A stretch of 64,000 nucleotides of DNA from NCBI RefSeq assembly GCF_902713615.1, contig NW_024055491.1, positions 62,001 to 126,000 of the forward strand, read 5' to 3'. The notes under the pieces are model-generated. The model was given only the letters and a program-made list of their open reading frames with translations, searched no databases and had not been told where the DNA came from. Shown here piece after piece: positions 59,901 through 64,000 of this stretch. Made by a program: the position numbers and the translations under genes. Positions within the stretch are counted from its first letter, which is position 1; every line of letters begins with the position of its first letter. Source of the DNA: Scyliorhinus canicula (taxonomy: Eukaryota).

Positions 59901-62512
59901 AGGGATATATATTAAAATCTAGCCTTGCCAGCGCCTCCAGAATCCTAGGATAGGATTAAAAATCAAATGCAAAGGGATTTCTCCGCTGCACTGACGCATT
60001 AAATAGATCAAGGACTGCCATAGCACGGAATGTAACCCAATAAATCGCTCTCTGCATTGCCGAATCGAAAATTCCCAAGACCGATATATCACTGCTTAAA
60101 AATCAACCAAATCTCCTTCTCCAGCCTGTCTGGCGTTGCTGAATTCTTTCTGACTGTCACAATCTGGGTTTGGAATCCCCTTTCTGAGTCACCTAGTCAA
60201 ACATCAAGTATAATTTCCACATTCCACACATATACAAGTTTTATTGAAGAGATTGATCAAATTGTACTCCCTGAAATATTGGAAAATGAAGCAGAAGATT
60301 TACAACCAATCAGGAAGATTCCTGGTCCCAGCACAGTGACCGCACGCACAGAAACTGAACAGACGCAAATTACAACAATCGATTTCCAGCAGAGAGATCT
60401 GTTCAATCTGTCAGTTTCATGAAACTGTTTGATTCTAATTTATCAATGGTCAACTTCCGACAACAATAATTTAGTAACTTATTTGAAATTAAACTGACAT
60501 TAATTTCAAAACTGCATTCGGTTTTTAACTATTTCTCTCTGTCTATCTCAAAACTCGATAATTGGGCAAAAAGTAGTTTTGCTGAAAATGAGCAGATTAA
60601 ATATTACAGATTCAGGCTAGATTAATGACGGAACAGAGACTCAGTGACAGGGTAATAATTAAACAAACCAGGAAATATTCACATTACCCACTGATATGAT
60701 CTAAAAACACAATTAAATGTAATCAGAAAAATAATCAGGGCAAAAGAATGTAATCAGTAAAATAATTGAGCTGCACGCAGCAGTATAATGAAATGTATGG
60801 GTTCATCAATTAATTTCAGATATTATTAAAATTCTCTAAAACATTTGAGATATTGCACGCCAGGATACAACTCAATTGTAGGAGATCATTTATGTTGAAT
60901 TAATTCTCACTGATATTGTATTGTAAGTTATTGTTAATTGTCAGCTAATTCTTTATTCGATTATCTGTACTATAATAATAAATATAATAAAAATAGCATT
61001 CAATAATCCCCAAATTGTTTTTACCCAGAGCGTTATGAAATAATTGGGGTTTAATTAAAACAACCTGACAATCAAACAATGTTGAACAGTAAACTCCAAA
61101 TTACTCGATGGAAACATCTTAACATTTAATTGACTATATTCACATTTCTTTAAACTCCAATTGCTCTATTCGACCTACAAATGTGTAAAATATGCGCCTT
61201 TCTGAACACATTGATAAATCACAAACTCCATCTATTCTCAGAAAGTAATGAATATAACGAGAACAGCTCAGTAATGTTTATTCAAATCATTTGCAAAACT
61301 CACCCATTATGAGCAAGTGGAGTCGACAATTTGTTGTTGAATTTAGCATTTAATAAAATTTAAGCCTAAAGCTAACATATAATCATTCTTCCTTTCCAAT
61401 CATCTGTTCTTCCTATAATTCTATCGTGTGTAGAGCACAGCTATGGGATACAGGATGTCATTATCAAATGCAAAGCTACTTTTAACCTTTTGTAAATAAA
61501 TAAACCGGTTTGACATTCAAGCTTTTACTTTTCAATCTCTTGCCATAGGCAATCTGAACGTTCCTACAATACAAATAAAATCATGGGAACAATTCCTTGA
61601 TTGGCAGCGACTTCCACATCTCAGAAACCTATTTAAGATTAGATTAATGATAATTACCTCGCTATCCAACTACGCATTACAGTGAAGGGATAATATGGTT
61701 GCAGCGCCACAGAAATAATAGAATAACTGGAATTACAAAGTATTTCCAGCCTAGAAACCTGTCCGGTCAAGTTAACCTCGTGCGGAACACAGCAGGATTG
61801 TGAAAGGTGATTAATGATGAATTATATTAATATATAATAACCTTTGGTTAATATGGAGTTGTATCACCGCATTGGAATTGTTTGAATTATATAAATGTTA
61901 CTATGTTCTGCATGGGCGTTTCAGTCACTATTTCGTTTAATCTGGAAGCATCAGTTAAAATTACAAAATGCATCAATATATCTTTATTCGATTATTTTCT
62001 TAAGCCTGGCTGTTTTCACCCGACAATCGCCCTTCAAGCATTTTCAAACGCGGAGACTGTTTGCATTCAACCAGAAAACGTGTAACCGCTCAGTGTCACC
62101 GAGTTTAAACAATGCAGAAACAATGCAGAAACGCTGAACCGTTTGACAGATCTGAATCATTTAAAGTCACCCAGATACACAATCTCCTCAGCAGAACAAA
62201 ACACTAAATTACATCAATGATGGACTGAAACCCGCTTATGGAGAAGCAGCTCAATTCTACGTCGAACAGCATCAAACTTAACTTTGCAAGAAAATATCAA
62301 TATCCAGCAAACCAGCTAGTCACCAAATGTATGAATTATTAAACTAAACAGAAATGTGGAATAACAGCAATAGCATTGCGAGGTGCTCGAATATTAACAA
62401 CAAATAAATATTGAAACTTAACCATTTTTTTCATACTGAGTCATTTTTCAAACACATTTAAATGCTTTTAATGTTTACAGTTGATGATAAAAGCTGCAAC
62501 CATCAGATGCCA

Positions 62513-62729
62513 TGATGTGGAGATGCCGGCGTTGGACTGGGGTGAGCACAGTAAGAAGTCTTACAACACCAGGTTTAAAGTCCAACAGGTTTGTTTCAAA
62601 CACGAGCTTTCGGAGCACGGCTCCTTCTTCAGGTGAATGCCATTCACCTGAAGAAGGAGCCGTGCTCCGAAAGCTCGTGTTTGAAACAAACCTGTTGGAC
62701 TTTAAACCTGGTGTTGTAAGACTTCTTAC
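62513..62729. mobile_element. Palindromic Penelope-like terminal-repeat insertion with a 12-13-bp TSD
   Basis: 89-bp perfect inverted arms 62551-62639 and 62641-62729; TSD catcagatgcca at 62501-62512 and 62730-62741; hammerhead motifs. Family assignment is from recalled sequence features. Confidence 0.78.
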
Positions 62730-63650
62730 CATCAGATGCCACCGAGATTAAACTTTGCACAAACGGCAAACTGATTGCAGCAACAACTTGTGCTCGGAAA
62801 GGATTTGTGGTAAAACGTGGCTTAGTTTAATCTGCAATTTTCACTTTTTTTTCAAGATGCAGAAACAGCCTCCCTGTTCTCTGCCTACAATCGTGCGACA
62901 AGCAGTTTCAAACACGTATACTCTGCATTCAATCACAAAGCGTGTAACCGCTCAGTGTCACCGAGTTGAAACAATAGACACACCAAACCGTTTCACAAAC
63001 TTTTCTACACAAAGTCACCCAAAAACATTCCTCAGCAGGAAAACACCAAATCACATCACTGAAGGAGTGAAACATCATGGAGAAACAGCTCAATTCTACA
63101 AACACTTTCAACAGAACCAAATGTAACATTGCAAGAACATCTCAATTTAGAATGCACCAAACCCTCATGTCATCAAATGAATGAACAGGTTAACTAAACA
63201 GAAAACTTGAATAATATCATCTGCACTTTCAGTAAGCAGAACATGTTCAATAAGATAATACAGAAACTTTAGCACATTTTGTCAATGTTGGGTTCGATCT
63301 CAAACACTTGTGCGGAAGACGGTACAAGCTGCAGACATTAGATAGAACCGAGATTAAACATGGGGTAAAAACAGCCGTTTTGTATTTGAAGTAACCCGGC
63401 CACACAGTATCCTCAGCAAATAAACATCAAATCACAGCAAATAGGGACTGAATCCCTCAGCAGCATCTTTCTGTCAAGAAACCGCGGGATTCGATATCCC
63501 CCTTTCAGCAGAATCAAATGAAACATTGCAACAACATCTCAATACATGATCCACCAAAACACATTTCAGTGAACGAATGGATTTTGAAAATGAAGAAAAA
63601 TTTAAAACAAATACAGTAACACAGTTGGTAAATAATGGAATGGTTCTTAC

Positions 63651-63698
63651 CTGCAGTCACCGTCACCATGGTGCCTTGTCCCCAGTAGTCCATGATGT
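63651..63698 (-). CDS. IGHJ: Immunoglobulin heavy-chain joining segment (JH)
   Basis: Encodes IMDYWGQGTMVTVTA (WGxG motif); donor G|GTAAG in phase with Cmu1. Confidence 0.96.
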
Positions 63699-63737
63699 CA
63701 CAGTGTCACATTCCCTGGGCAGCTCCGTACAATAACC
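63699..63737 (-). promoter_or_regulatory. JH recombination signal sequence, 23-bp spacer
   Basis: Heptamer CACAGTG at 63699-63705, 23-nt spacer, nonamer ACAATAACC at 63729-63737. Confidence 0.95.
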
Positions 63738-64000
63738 GCACCTGCACAAAATAGACATAAATCCACCATTATTTTAAATATTCACAAACCAGCGGCAAAG
63801 AGAATTCACGATTAATTTTCAGGAAATTATATTAATATTTGTGGATACCGTTCTCTCTTCATAAATGACCGAATGTTTTACATTTCACAGACATGGAAAT
63901 GTTATTGAAAACAGCAACTGTGACTAAATAACGACCACCAATTTTCCACATTAATTCTTATTATTTTGTCAGTGCTGGAAATAAATAATACTTCACTGTG

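Noticed and set aside
63904-63922. CACAGTT as a D-segment RSS heptamer
   Set aside because: Mismatched heptamer, poor nonamer, and no opposing 5' RSS around a D core.

Overview
Cartilaginous-fish (shark-type) genomic DNA with two parts. Right part (38.8-64 kb, minus strand): the 3' portion of an IgM heavy-chain minicluster. It has one JH with a 23-bp RSS, a 16.5-kb J-C intron, Cmu1-Cmu4 plus secretory tail, TM1 and TM2. All exons are open and in phase with GT-AG junctions; V and D lie beyond the window end. Left part (5-38.5 kb): a tandem/inverted cluster of short C2H2 zinc-finger genes with no recognisable KRAB or other effector domain (five copies plus a fragment) and three paralogous NRF1+YY1-type promoter modules, embedded in CR1/L2 LINEs, tRNA-derived SINEs and an L1 ORF1 relic. 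A near full-length CR1 (291-4767) shows a U_UUA_AAC -1 frameshift signal at the ORF1/ORF2 overlap and an in-frame loss of the endonuclease GDFN motif. The most notable unexplained structure is in the IgM J-C intron just upstream of Cmu1: a 24 x 29-bp AGCT-rich array next to about 2 kb of sense-strand G-rich repeats, resembling a switch region. About 0.9 kb downstream of JH is a perfect 89-bp-arm palindrome carrying hammerhead-ribozyme motifs. Coordinates were counted by hand (splice sites to within a few bp, repeat boundaries approximate). No database searches were run.
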